A stretch of 64,000 nt of DNA from Nymphaea colorata (taxonomy: Eukaryota): NCBI RefSeq assembly GCF_008831285.2, contig NC_045138.2:38006001-38070000 (forward strand). The letters run 5' to 3'. Positions 14,901 through 28,096 of this stretch are shown piece after piece. Under the pieces are notes generated by a model, which had not been told where the DNA came from, made no database searches, and saw only the letters and a list, made by a program, of their open reading frames with translations. Numbering within the stretch: the first letter of the stretch is position 1; each line of letters begins with the position of its first letter. The translations under genes and the position numbers were made by a program.

Positions 14901-15316
14901 AAAGTATTTCACATTTTTGTATAGACTTACGAAACAATAACAAACTTTTTCTATTACCAAACAGCTCCTAAATGTTATATTAAAAAAGAGTTGAATCAAT
15001 CTCATTCGTGTTTTTACTATATTTTTTTCATTTTTTAAAAATAGTTTATGCATATGTGATCTGCATTTTTAAAAAAATGTAGATCAATCAAAGTTATGCT
15101 TTATAGTTTGTAGACATGTTAAGATGAGTTAGTTAAACAAAAATAAAATTTTCTCTATTTCAAGAATATTATTTTAATAAATTTATAACGTTTAACGAGC
15201 TCGAGCCACACCGTTAGCTTGAGAGTTGGTCCTAAAAGATCCAGTTCAGCTGGACGACCTGCTTCCACCCGAGACGCGAGCTGAAACCCGAGTCGTGTTA
15301 ATCTCGAACCACCCTT

Positions 15317-15324
15317 AAACCCTA
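15317..15324 (+). promoter_or_regulatory. Telo-box (AAACCCTA) upstream of the ribosomal protein gene
   Basis: AAACCCTA about 90 bp before the ATG; telo-boxes are typical of plant translation-machinery gene promoters. Confidence 0.55.
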
Positions 15325-15411
15325 CCACGACGGCGTCGTCTTCCCGGCTTTTGCAGAAGAAAGAAGAGAGAAAAGGACGGGGTTGATAGAGGATTCCGTT
15401 TCAGGATCTCG

Positions 15412-18400
15412 ATGTCCATGGCGGCAAGGCGACCTATCCAATCGCTTCTCTCTGTCCGCCGTCTCTCTTCCGCTCTCCACTCCAAGAACGACGCGGGGTT
15501 CCTTAAAACCCTCGAATCCCATCCCTCTTCTTTTCCCGACCCCCCTCTTCCTCTTTCGGGCTCGATCCTTCCGCATTCCCTCCAGAAATGTGAATCCAGT
15601 CTGGGAAGCGAGTCTATATTTCGTCAGGGCTTCTCGACAACGACGAGGAAGCCAGAGTTCAGGCAAAAGCGCGAAGAGGATGAAGGTGATAGCGATGAGG
15701 AAGGACAAGAAGATTATGATGATGACGATGACGATGGTGAAGAAGAGGATGACACAGACGAGGAGGAAGCGGTTTCTAACCGTCTGGCCGGTAGAGAGAT
15801 GAGTGATGCTGAGAAGGCGGAAGAGGCGGCGGCGATCGGATACAGAGTGATCGGGCAATTGCAGGCGTCTGAGCGGCCGTTCAAGCCCTGGGAGCCGGTC
15901 TTCGCAGTGATTCAGGTTTCAGTATAATGTTCTTTTTTTATTAGTTGCCTTTGGTTTTCTTGCATTTCTTCATTCGTAGATTTTATGATTGCCGTTCTAT
16001 GGCCTGGATAAACGTGAGATAGTTCTTCCTTTCGAGCTTGTTTATTTTTAGGTTGAGGTTGTTTGCCAATTAAAATGCTGAAGTTTTTTGTCCTTCTGAA
16101 CTGTAGCGTTTCGAATGGCTCGGATTTTTAGTTGTGGAATTGGAATCCTAACTAAACTCAGAATTCTTTTTGTTGTGAGGTTTGAGAATGCAACCTAGTA
16201 GTGAGGTGCTTGCTTGAGTTACATTTTGCAAGGAAGTTTTCAGGTTAAAGACTGCACAAGGAGGCGGCGTGAGTTGAAGTTGGTAGTATTAGTCTGTCCT
16301 GCAATGTGTCTTCAGGCTTTCTTAAGGCACCTTTTCCCTGTGCATTGACTCTGAATATGATGACGGTAATCGGCCTTGAAGGACTCCCTGGTCCTTCGGC
16401 AACTGGTTAAGGCGAATGCGTAAGTTGATACCTACGGGAATCAGTTAGATGTGTCCTAAGTGGACGGAGTAAGGAGCTTCTTACTTTGACGCCGAAGGTA
16501 AGACAAAAGTACCACTGATTTCTGAATTAGGTTAGTGAAATAAGCCTGCAAGAAAAGGCTAAACTGGATCCAAAAGGTCCAAAATGAGATCCTTTATCTC
16601 AGGCATCCGGATAGTATTCAAATTGTTTCCAGCAGTGTCGGATTGTGGAATTTGAGTTATGAAAGGTAGCACATGAACTCTCAAGTCTCAACCATTTCTT
16701 AGACTTTAAAGTGAATTATACTGGTGGTAGTTTAAAAGGAGAATGCTTTTGAGCAATGAGTTGCCGAACTGTTGGAGTTTTGGATGACAGAGCTGGAGGA
16801 ATACTTTCTCATATATTTTTGGGTAAGATGACCCATTTGAGAGGCAAGAATTTCACTTTTATAAGTGTATACCACTTCATATTTTGCCCTAATATGAAAT
16901 ATGGGGAATTGAAACCCAATAAAGATGTCAAAGAATTAACCATTTTCATGGGTACAAATAATAAATGTGGAAATTCCAAATGATCGAATTGAAAAGACAC
17001 TGTGATGATTCCAGGTGAAATACATTCCTACTTCTTCAATGAACTTTTTAAAATGTGATATTTTCGTGCTTTCACCCATACGATGAGAAGAAGGAGACAA
17101 ACTTATTTATTGAAAAATATTAGTATGTAGTTGCATGTAAATGTAAGTGTGTATTTTTTTATTGTTCTCATTGCTGGCATTTTCAATTGCTTATCACAAA
17201 TGAAAGGAAGGAAAAGATATCAAGTTTGTCAATTTGTTTATGGCCATTTTCCTTTAGCAGTCAATTTGCGTTCTTTCAGAGATCATAATGTCTCTCAAAG
17301 AAGATTTTTAGTTGCCTTCTTACAGATGGTTGGTGTTTTTTATTCACTTCTCCTGTTTTTCATTCCTATAGATTGGATCTCATCAGTTCAAAGTTTGCAA
17401 TGGGGACTGTGTCTACACTGAGAGGTTGAAGTGGTGTGAAGTAAACGACAAGGTATAAGGTATTGCCAACTATTTATGTGCCATAGTTTCAGATTTTGGA
17501 GTTTGTTTCCAAGCTATTGTTTACAATATGTCACACTTTTTATTTCCTTGTTGAACAAAGTATGCTGTGGTAAAGTTTATTTTTTTTCCCTTTTTCCCTT
17601 TGGTCTTCTTTGTCAAAATTAAGAGACCATTATGATTCTGTTAAAAGCATATTCCTGGACCGTTGTTTTTGTGATTTTTTTTATAGTTGAATAATTGAAG
17701 GTGTTTTATGATAATTTCTTGACTTTTGAGGAATTTCTCAAATAGTTCTGCCAGAAAATTTCAAGAATAGAATATATAGTCAGATGGCTTGAGTTATCTT
17801 TCCAGATAATGACAGAAAAGGTGGATATTGTTATCATTTTAAAATTTAGTTGTGTTGCTAAAAATGCATACGTTAGTAGGTGAATTGATGATCTAGTTCT
17901 GGATACACAAAAGTGCATCTCAACTTGCATTTGGTAGTTGTCAGTTGGCAGGTAGGTAGCAAGGGGAGTTTTAGCTTCCTATACATCCAATTAACTCCTT
18001 TAGAAACAAGAAAGGAGAATATGGCAGCAATCATGCTGTTTTACAACTACCTGCTTGTGAATTGTTTAGAGTCTTTAAGTTAGGATGAGTATCTCCAGAA
18101 CATGATGGCTTGTGGGAGTCTTGATTTTGTCCACTTGGAATGAGACTTCCTCTAAGCACGATATGGTTCTTTTTCTCTGGTTGGTGAAGACATTCTTATT
18201 TTGAGCTGGTCTTCACTTTATTGGGCAAAGCAACCTTTGAAAACAAGCATGTTTTCAGTTCATGGGAAACTCCTCAAGGTATCAAGCAGGAACTGAGAAA
18301 TGGTATTATTGCACCCAGGGTTTCCAATTCAACATTGTATATTAGGTGCTTGAAAATGTAATTCTGATTGAATGTAAGAACATATAGATCTTGTTGACAT

Positions 18401-19401
18401 ATTGATTCTTACTGTCTGTGCAGCTGATTCTCAGTAAGGTATTGATGATTGGATCGAAGACACAGACTATAATTGGCAGGCCAATTCTGCCAGATACGGA
18501 GGTTCATGCTGTCGTTGAGGAGCATGTAAGTGACTAGATCCCTTTTGGTAGCATCACCGTCAAATCACATTGTAGTAGTACTGGAAAAAGCTCTTCTAGT
18601 CTGCCATTTACTGAATATTTCTTGAAACGTGACGACTTTAATCCATTACTTCATCTTGTTTCTTTTGTGCTCTCCCTCTCGTGTCTGCATTTCACATTTT
18701 TTTGAAAGATTATCCTTCCTTTTTCTTTGCTCCTCTTCATGGGAGCTGACATGGCATATTGAATGGATTCTTTCTGTGAATTATTCTTCAAAGCATAAGT
18801 TGACAATTTGCTTTTTGATTTGGACTACTTCATTCTATTGCAGCCGAACTTAATTTCTTCGTAATCAATGTTTTAACATCTCTACATTTTAGAAAAAAGG
18901 AAAATTGTAGCAGATGGCAGAGGCTAGTTTGCTGCATGGTTTGGGCAAAAACTGCGTTCTCTTTTCTGGTTGTTCTAGATGTTAGAAGGCGTAGATAGTG
19001 TTCTGTGTTTGGTTCTTCATGCTTTTTGTTTTTCCATGACCTGGAATTTTACGCAAGTGTTTTTGGGTGTAGCATTTCTTTTGTGCTTTTTGTCTCTGGA
19101 ATGAAATTCAGCTTTTTGTTTTCCATGTAATGCCTTCTGCATTTAGCAGCCTTGTGTGACTTGAAAACTGTTTCACCTGGCAGGCTAAAGATGCAAAAGT
19201 AATTATATTTAAGAAAAAAAGAAGGAAAAATTACCGTCGAACCAAGGGGCATCGTCAGGTAAACAAATTGAATACAAACATTCTGTTAACTGTTTTTGGT
19301 TTATAGATTCACATGACTTGCTGTGTTTGCAGGAATTGACAAGACTCAGGATTACGGATATTCAAGGAATAGAGAAACCACAAACAGTGATGGCTGCTTA
19401 G
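15412..19401 (+). CDS. RPL21: 50S ribosomal protein L21 (bL21), mitochondrial type, about 276 aa; 5 exons
   Basis: Exons 15412-15915 (alternative ATG at 15418), 17372-17452, 18424-18525, 19184-19258 and 19333-19401, all phase 0 with GT-AG borders. bL21 motifs: [51 protein letters not shown]. An Arg/Ser-rich transit peptide and an acidic tract resemble plant mitochondrial L21 (NFD1-like). Confidence 0.95.
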
Positions 19402-20598
19402 TTATCAAGTAATCTTTTCCCCAGGAAACAACCTCTGACAGGGATGTGCGATAGGCTCCTTTATGAATATATCCATGCCTTATACTATGGACGTGGAACT
19501 GATTTGCAAGTTGTCCATTGCGGAGTGCTCGTAAATATCCAGTGAGAAATAAGGCAATTGTTTGTCTGGTTTTCCACATGTATACTTGAAATTTCCAGTG
19601 AATTTTCTAAGTGATATATTTGACATGTTATCACTGTCGGAACACTTGGAACACTTTGATTTATGCATTTGAAGTTCGGCTATTTGGAGATGAATTTGGC
19701 ACCTTGTCACCACTTATGGAGGGAATTCCTTCCCTCGATTCTTATGTTCTGTACTTGCAAGGGTAATTATTTCCAAGATTCTTGAGGCCGCAAGTGTTTG
19801 TTGACTTTTGCTTTTACATAGTAACCCGAAGCTTGACGATATTAATTAGCAAATGGTTCACTTCTGAAGAGAATTAGATCATTGTTTTTTTCTATCATAT
19901 GATTTGCAGTTTTCTCCATCATTTTTACCTTCCTTGGTTTGTGCTTTTTCAAAACATGTGCTTGAGATCTGGATGTACTTGTCAATGAAGAATAACCATG
20001 GGTAATTGTGCTATTTCTGTTTATGGATTTACTTGCAGGGCTATATGTTTCTCTTGGAGTCCTGCCATCTCCATGTTAAATCAAATCTGTGTTGCATTAG
20101 CGCAGCAAATGATATTGTACCCCCAACCGTGCTGCTCACGTCGAATGGAATTATTGGATATTCTCATGGCAACTTTTAATAAGCATTCTTGCTTCAAGCC
20201 CTTGTAGACTCATGTGTGCTCTCAACATTAGATATGCTCTAATCTGTTTGCTACCGGTCATTGCTCTTGGTAGTATACGTAACTGAAATGGTCTGGATGA
20301 TTATTTTCTAAAGAAATTGTCGTGTATATGCTTGGTGCCTGGTTCATCATTAACAGCTCGCACATTTCTTTCTTTTGAGATTCTCAGAAGTTTCTTACTT
20401 CTGCATATTTTCAAGTTTTCAGCAAAGTATCATCCCTAATTTCATTGTATACATGTGCCTGTGTAAAAAGAAAGGTAAAAATCTATCTTACTGGATTTTA
20501 AAGTGTCATTTTTCTTCAAAAATATTAAAAAAATGTTCGTTATGAAAACAAAACCAAAAAAATGTTAAAATAAGAAAAGTGAAAAGAGGAAAAAGGTT

Positions 20599-20600
<2 letters not shown>

Positions 20601-20666
<66 letters not shown>
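20601..20666. repeat. Compound (AT)n(AG)n microsatellite
   Basis: Read directly from the sequence. Confidence 0.95.
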
Positions 20667-20668
<2 letters not shown>

Positions 20669-22639
20669 TCTTAAGGAGCCTTTTGATTTTTTTCTCAATC
20701 TCTTCATTTTTTGCAGGAATTAAAAATACATTAATTTCTCATTTGCTTTCCCTTCCTCCCCTATCTTTTCCTCTGCATCCAAACATTGTTTTGGAGTCCA
20801 TCCTTTCTCTCTCCTTTCCTCCATCCTAGCGAAGGGAGTGACGGACTGACGGTACGTCAAGGCACGATGCTTCTCGGCTCTGAGATGGTGCGACGTGGTG
20901 CCGCGGTACAGTGCGCATCTCTGTCAACATTGGGCAGCATCAAGAGGCAGCCATGTGGTTGGAGAGAGAGCGGAGTGGTTCGTTCCGTATCAATTTATTG
21001 TAACAGTCGCAATAGCAGTCACAGGTGGAGGAAATTACGACACTGATACTCGTAGCATGGCAAAAACGAATTTTACTATACATTTCAAAAAAGTGGTGCT
21101 GTTAGTAGGTTCAGAAAAAAGTGATATTTTCTACATTACATTTTTTTTTGTTACCTTCCGAAGCTCTTCTCGTGGGTGGATGGATTTTCCGCCTTCTGAA
21201 GCTATTATCTTATTCAAAATGGAGGAGCCAAATTATACTTTCAAAATTTTAACAAAATATAATTTTTCAAAATATTTATATAAGATAAATAAAATTTTCA
21301 AAAATTTACATGTAAATTAAAAAAAAATTATTTTGAGAGGAACCACGGCTCCTGCCGGCCCCTGTGTAATTCATCTGCGGTAGCCATAATAGCAAGAAGT
21401 TTCTATCAATGCATTGGTTAGGAGAATACGAGGCAGTGGCCGAAATACATGGGGTCTGTGTAGGCGGTGCATATCAAAAGTTTCATTGGAAAAATGAAAA
21501 ATCATATCGCAATGCCGATGACTTACATCAAACCTATGTTGGTGACTGAGTGCCCCTCCGCCAAAATATCCTGGCTCTGCCATTGGTAGAAAGTAGAATA
21601 TAAGTTGCCGTAGACATAGCATGATATTTCTTTAAAAGGGATATCAATCCCCTAAACTTTAAGGGTCCAAGTTTGGGCATCTGTTGAAACTCTACTAGTT
21701 ACTGTGGTACCTAACAGAACCTTTTGAAGAAAAAAACCTAGAACTTGTGCTGGTAGATGCTCCACTAATAGCAAAAGAAAAAGAAAATGTTTTGATAAAG
21801 AATACATTACATTTATTTTCAAATGGGCACCTTTAATGGGATTCGATTCTAGTTGACGTTCGGTCTGTTCCTTAAAAGAATAAAAGTTTCAAAACTTTTA
21901 TAAATTAAAAGCATATACACAATGAGAGTAGCAAACACAAGCTTATGTTTGAATTGCTTTTATTTAGCTGCCTCTTTTGAATATGAAATAGATGGCCAGG
22001 CCAAAAACATTCAAACTTAAGTATGTTTTACTTATATTCTCAAAAGTTGGTAGCCTTTTATGAAAAGTTAATTTCTATTAAATCGCAGAAGAAACTACTT
22101 ATTGTGTTTTTTAGGTTGCACTGTCATAACAAAAGTTCTTGGTTTGGAATTCTTTTAAACTTACCCTCCAATTTGGCTGTAACAAACGAAAAAATTAGAT
22201 CATTTGATGGGATTTGACATGTGATTTTTTATTCGTCAGTTACATGTTTTAAAGCTATGACTCCAATAAAAGACAGTACATTTATATAAAATTTTAGTGC
22301 ATTCCAACGCGTGATCACTTGAACAAGTAATATTTTCATTGGGTTTGTATGAACGAAGGCAATCTTAAGGAAGCTGAGTTCCAGTTCTGACTCATGTAGA
22401 TCATGTCAAAAATTGGTTCGGGTATAAAATAAAGTACAGATTCGTGTTTCTCAAAACCACATAGTGGGTGGCTTGATTTCACAAATGGGTTCCGCTTCAA
22501 ACTCCGAGTTCTATAGTGATCAGATTGGTTCGTAGTGAATCCGTATCACCCCATTATCAAGACAGCAACTGTGAGTATATATGGCCGACCTAGTTAATAC
22601 AGCAACTTATTGGGAGAGAAAGAGAGGGAGAGAGGGAGA

Positions 22640-24030
22640 GGAAGAGACTGTGTCATTATGGGGAGCAGATACTACCGGGTGCTCCACCAAGTTGTGGATC
22701 AAACTATTCGAATGGTATTTGTACACAAGGTCAACGGCCTGGTATGAAAATGCAACCAGGCTTTACTCAACTCACTGAACCGGCTGGAACAGTAAACCCA
22801 CTAGATATTGGCTCAATATGCACTAGAAAGCACAGGATGCTTGAAGCCCATAACATCACTGTGCCCTATAGTCAGCCATATCTGTCTGCATGCTTTCTTG
22901 ACATGCCCTTTTCCGGGATGTACAAAAATTGACTTAAGAGCCCAGGTCCTTCTTGTCAGCCATGTTCATGGCAGGTGGATGGATGATGTGCCTGTTGAAG
23001 CTGTCTGCCTTTCTTGAAATGCGCTTTTCCTGATTCTGAAATCTGATGCGCATCGATTTGAGAAGCATGGCCCTTCTTGGCAGCCATTACCATGGCTGTT
23101 GATCATGGATGATTTGAGTCTGCACCAATGGTGTTTGCGACTATTAGTGGTATCCAACGTCGGAGCACTAATCATCTTTGGCATGTCGGAAAACACAGAT
23201 TTGGATATTCCTTCCTACCATTAAAAGTTTATCTGGTTATGGATGTCCTACGCAGACGTATCAGATTGGTTGATCAATGCTTATCATGCACTAAGGAATA
23301 CACTTGCCTGCTGAGTGGATTGTTCTGCCAGCACATATGATGAAAAGTTGTTCGATGTATTGTATAATTTGCTTAAAGATCGAATACTAACTTTTATTTT
23401 CTCGGCGTTTCTGCAGATACGCCTAATAGAAAAAGCACGAGGCGTAGATACCTTGGTCTCTGCAAAAGTGGTTTTCATTACTTGAAATCTGCATTTGGCG
23501 TCTAAATTCCTGCTTTACCTTTGATATGTTCTACGGCGCGTGCTTTCTGCACCTCCTGCCCCACCAGCTAGGCTATGCCTCACGGGGCTTGATGATCTAA
23601 TGAATTGAAGTTGGTATTATAATCAACTCAAAACTGTCAAACTGGGGACATTCCAATCAGAAATCTTCCGGGAGATAGGATTTCAGTCTTTTATTACCAA
23701 AAAAATCTTATGTACATCAAAAAATAAAGGGGTGCAGAGCATCAGATCTTCACGAAAAGGAAAACAAGCAGTGACACTCCTACTGCTCAAGAACTTTGGC
23801 TCAAGAACCGATTGGAATTGCAGTTAGCAAAACCCGAATTCATCGACACAAGCAGTGAAATTAAGTTAATCAATCTCATAAAAGGTGTCCTGATCTCCAT
23901 TGGAGATGTGCTTTCTACATATTTCTAGCCTTGGTCTATCGTCTGAACTCTGCAGAAAAGGTGCGCATTCTGCAACTAAAGACAGCGCACAGGAGGCCAT
24001 GGCCCTGGGGAAAGAGCTTGGATTTGAAAA
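22640..24030 (+). pseudogene. Decayed LRR / C-terminal region of an NLR (TNL-like) resistance gene, copy 1
   Basis: Broken plus-strand frames give LESTGCLKPITSLC, LSACFLDMPFSG, MMCLLKLSAFLEM..NLMRIDLRSMALL (resembling the LxxMPDFSxxxNLxxLDL repeats of TNLs) and NLPGDRISVF (resembling the PGxxIPxWF start of post-LRR domains). Many stops and frameshifts; no NB-ARC or TIR domain seen. Confidence 0.5.
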
Positions 24031-26562
24031 AGGCCAATAATATATTGTATCATTTTGCTGGGGAGAAGAGTTTGGATTTGAAAAAGGCTGTTAATATATT
24101 GTATGATGTTTAATTACTGACGAATATCTTGGAATTTTCACGAAATTTAATTGACTCGACCTTCGTTGCATGAATATTACCTAGTTTCATATTACTGTTT
24201 ACCAAGACTGCAACAAAATTTGTGTTTTACTTTCAATTCTTTGCAACAGGAAACTTCTCTTAGAGCACTAAACCATATCTGTTAATTCCCTAAAATCTGT
24301 CATCCATAGTTTCAAGCGTTTGTCGATGCTTCCAAACTTTGAACATTAAATTGGCAACCATAGTTGTTTCTAAGAGCCATTCTACCACGAAAAAAATTTC
24401 AACCTTTTACCCCTCTTGTTATAAGTAAGTTCCATCATCTTGATCGATGAAATGCACTGAATAATTTGAGATTCTCACCTAATGAAGGTACATAGTGATA
24501 AGTGTGATTGGCAAAAGGGAAAAGAGTATTCATTCCCTTGTGCATTTGGTGCATTTCGCCTTGTTAAATAGAAGCACAGCAGTGAACCTGATCTCCACTT
24601 TGTAAATTATTCTCTTAAAGGAGCAAACATATCAGGTGCGGTCGTTAGGCCATGCCTTCCCAAATATACCTTCTATGTTTGCCTCCCATCCTTCTAAGTT
24701 GTTCATTTTTTAAAATATAACCATGTAGATGGATGCAAAATACAAGAATAAAAAGCCATGCAAATCGGATGTCTAGACAAACCCTGCGAGGCAGTTAATT
24801 TTTAAAATGCTGTAAAATCTAACTTATCTGATTTTTATGTTCTTTCTGATCTTACAAATTCTAACATTAATTTTCATCCATCCGTATAATTAGGTTGGTG
24901 AAATCACTACTTAAACGGTTGCGCCATAAGGCACACGAGAGGGCCAAGATAAAAGTGAGAGAAGTGACCACATATATTACATCTCTTAACATTCCTTTTG
25001 TTAGGCTTGTTTAGATGTGCTTATATTTACTCATAAAAATCAAAGTATTTAGTAGGGGAGATACCTGCAAGAGACCGAAGCCTCTTCACCTTTCCTTCGT
25101 GCCTCCAAGATCCAAAGCTTCTTTGGAACATTGGTGGTGAGTGGTAAAGAGTGTCACATATCGTTTATTTGTAGCCAGAAGAGTGGTACAACTGAACTTC
25201 TATTGGCTCGTCCACCTATACTATGCCGTTCCAGATAATTAACCTATTTAATAGGGAACATGCAACCTTTTGGCTGTTTTTAACATATCATAGCACTTAT
25301 CAGGCTGAAAACGAAGTGGGGACATCCAAGACCTGGGACAACACCATGCCAAGCCCAGGATAAAGACTGGTGAATTCCCTTTGCTTATGAATTGCTATCA
25401 GTACGAGCTCCTAATCAGCATTGTGTCATCAAATGCTGCTGAAGAAGCTTATACCAACATCAGTGCAACTTTTTAAGTGAGAGAATATACTAAAAATATC
25501 AGCAGATATTCTTCTCAGAGTGGCGAGCACAGATCTCTCCACTATGATTCTAGAAAAGAAATTCGCTACTAAAATGATCTCACGGATGCTGGCTGGGAGG
25601 CGGTCTAACTCCCCAAGTATGCTCTTATTCTTCTCGACACTCATAAATCGTTTTCACCAATTCAACTCCAGATGCATGATCTCTGCACTACCAGTTAGGA
25701 GAGAGCATATTCCCTGCGATTCTGCGATGTCGTGGGAGACCAACCAAGTGAAGTCGGGAAAAGTGTGATGCTGAACCAGAAAGGTTGTCCTGCTTTTACT
25801 GCGTTTTCTGTAAAAAGTTGAGAGGATTTCCGTATGCTTCTCAAAATCTACCTTTGATTTTGTGCACGATTCGGTGCATTTCCTTCTTTCTTTCTGTTGT
25901 TAATTCCCTTGTGGGGAGACCAGCTGCGAACATTGTCTGAAGTTATGAAAGGTGCCATTGGGTTCTACGTAGTTGGGGACACTTAATGCTGCTCTGATTG
26001 GTTGCTTGAGGATCTTTGAGTCTCAGCAGCAAACAGAAGCAGGAAAGTCAGAGAAAGAATGAGAATGTTCCAGAATAGCGAGATGTGATTGGATGTCCAC
26101 CGAAGGGTGGAGGTGTTCCTTTCTTGGGCTATACAGGACTTTATCTCTCTAGGGGATGTTTGATACGCTTGGTTGGAGTGCAAGTGAGAATCTGCCTAAG
26201 ATGGTTTGTCTAGGACAAAGTGTCAACATGTCTCACTTTTCTGTTTCTGTTTGAACTATGAACAGATTTTACGCAGAGAAAAGGAGTTTTTTGGCCATGA
26301 AATCTTTTGTTGCTGAAAACAATTACATGACTTGAGCATGAGAACGGTTTAAGCGAACATATTTTATCTACCAGATCAATTGTATGATTATATTACGATA
26401 TTAAATTAAGCAATGCAAAACATATTTGTGTGATTGTTTAGATCTCTTTCTCTCTCTCAAACGCACAAAAAGAAAAAGAAATAAATGTTGTCACGTTAAA
26501 CATAAGTTAAAGTGTAAGTTGAAGAAAACTGTGGTGGCCCTTCTAGGGAAGTTACTTTTGAG

Positions 26563-26985
26563 TAGGGGAGTCAATGGATCTGAGTAGGATAGAATACCCA
26601 GCCAAACTACTAAAAAAAAGTCGGATATGGAAAAATAATTTTACATTTAAAAGGACATCTATTGGTTCTGGATTTGGTTTTCAATAAATTTCCATGCGGA
26701 TTAAGATCCAGATTTAGTTTCAGATAAATATTCTATGTAAATCTAATATCCATAAATATTGAAAGATGGCTCTCAACGTATCGTTGGATTCGGTTGTATA
26801 CTTAAAAGTCAGATTCAGATGTGAACATAGAAGTCTGATTCAGATTCAAATTGTAAATTTAAAAGCATGACTCAAATATAGAATGGACTTCTTTCATATT
26901 CAAATCTGAATATAATGAACTTCCGTTAAATCAGATATTTAAAGGCACATCCGGTTCCATGAGAATCCATTCTTTTGAATCCCTA
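26563..26985. mobile_element. hAT-family MITE (also in block-A copies at about 32402-32824 and 47971-48392)
   Basis: Termini TAGGGGAGTCAA...TTGAATCCCTA, an 8-bp near-TSD CTTTTGAG/CTTTCAAG, and internal GGAT/ATCC subterminal repeats. Confidence 0.7.
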
Positions 26986-27000
26986 CTTTCAAGGTGACAA

Positions 27001-27975
27001 TAACAAACATATCACACACTCTTGCACAAACACACACACACGTACAGAATGAGAGAGATTTATACTAATGTGTTTATCTTTATCTGTTTAGTAAAAGGGC
27101 ATCAGATATTTTTCATGCTCAATTTTATGCATGTGCTGGCTTCTTGTGTGGCTGGTGTATAAGCTGAAGGCTTCCTGACCCTCTTCTGTCTAAAGGCTGT
27201 GTTGAGTGTTCATCAGATAGGTTAAGTTGGATGAGCGCAACGTCCCCACCCTATTATTTAGTTTTAAGCAAAGTTAGTGGAGACAAAGCCATTGTGCAAA
27301 TCCAAATTATCAAATAAATTGCAAAATCACTTGCTTTATTTCTTTAGACAACACATTCAACACATAATTTTCTATAGAAAAAAATTGTGTTGGGGAAGGG
27401 GGTCAGGTGTTTCCCCTCTTTTCTACAAAATCAATTTTTGTCAAAATTGGATTTTTCGAAATCCAGTTTTGGTAGTACCTAAACACTATGAAAACATGGT
27501 TTTGATGGAAAGGCCCAAATGTAAAGTTTCATTCAAATCTAGTTTTGGTGACATTCAAACACTACGAAAATGTGGTGTTAAAGACCAAACCAGTTTTTAC
27601 TTGTAAATATTGGTTTTAATGTATCATGATATAATCCAAACGTCTCTAAAAAAGAATAATTTTTGCTTTAAATGCGGGGAGAGAGAGAGAGAAGAGAGGG
27701 GACAAGAACGGGTTTACTTGTTTCATAATAATATCAAGATTAATACTATTCATCTCATCAATACTGTAGATAGCACCTTCCAAAAATTGAACAGTTTGAT
27801 GTGATTATAACACGCCACACAAGAAGGCAGCACATGCATAAAATTGAGCATGAAAAATATCTGATGCCCTCTTTTACTAAACAGATAAAGATAAAACACA
27901 TTATGTGTTAAATCTCTCTCACTCTGTACGTATGTGTGTGTGTGTTTGTGCATGAGCGTGTGATATGTTTTGTTA
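27001..27975. repeat. Inverted repeat: arms 27001-27162 and 27805-27975
   Basis: CATCAGATATTTTTCATGCTCAATTTTATGCATGTGCTG is matched by its reverse complement around 27824-27867. The spacer of about 640 bp includes MITE-like sequence. Confidence 0.9.
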
Positions 27976-28096
27976 AAGATTGTAGCATAAGGGAATACGC
28001 TCCTTCAGCTAGCTATTGGCGGTGGAACATATTCTTTTCTTTTAAAAGTTATTTACAATTTCTCAAGTCATGTTTGAAGAAATAATGAGCATAAGA

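Larger units (their letters stand above)
20860..27060 (+). repeat. Segmental duplication block A, copy 1 (of 3)
   Basis: Colinear by eye with 41400-48443 (whole block) and 29630-32904 (distal half). The ORF track shows near-identical pairs, e.g. 22581/44308, 25520/31359 and 25983/31822. Confidence 0.92.

Noticed and set aside
15322..15858. 178-aa antisense ORF and 139-aa alternate-frame ORF
   Set aside because: Shadows of the GC-rich, acidic-repeat first exon of RPL21.
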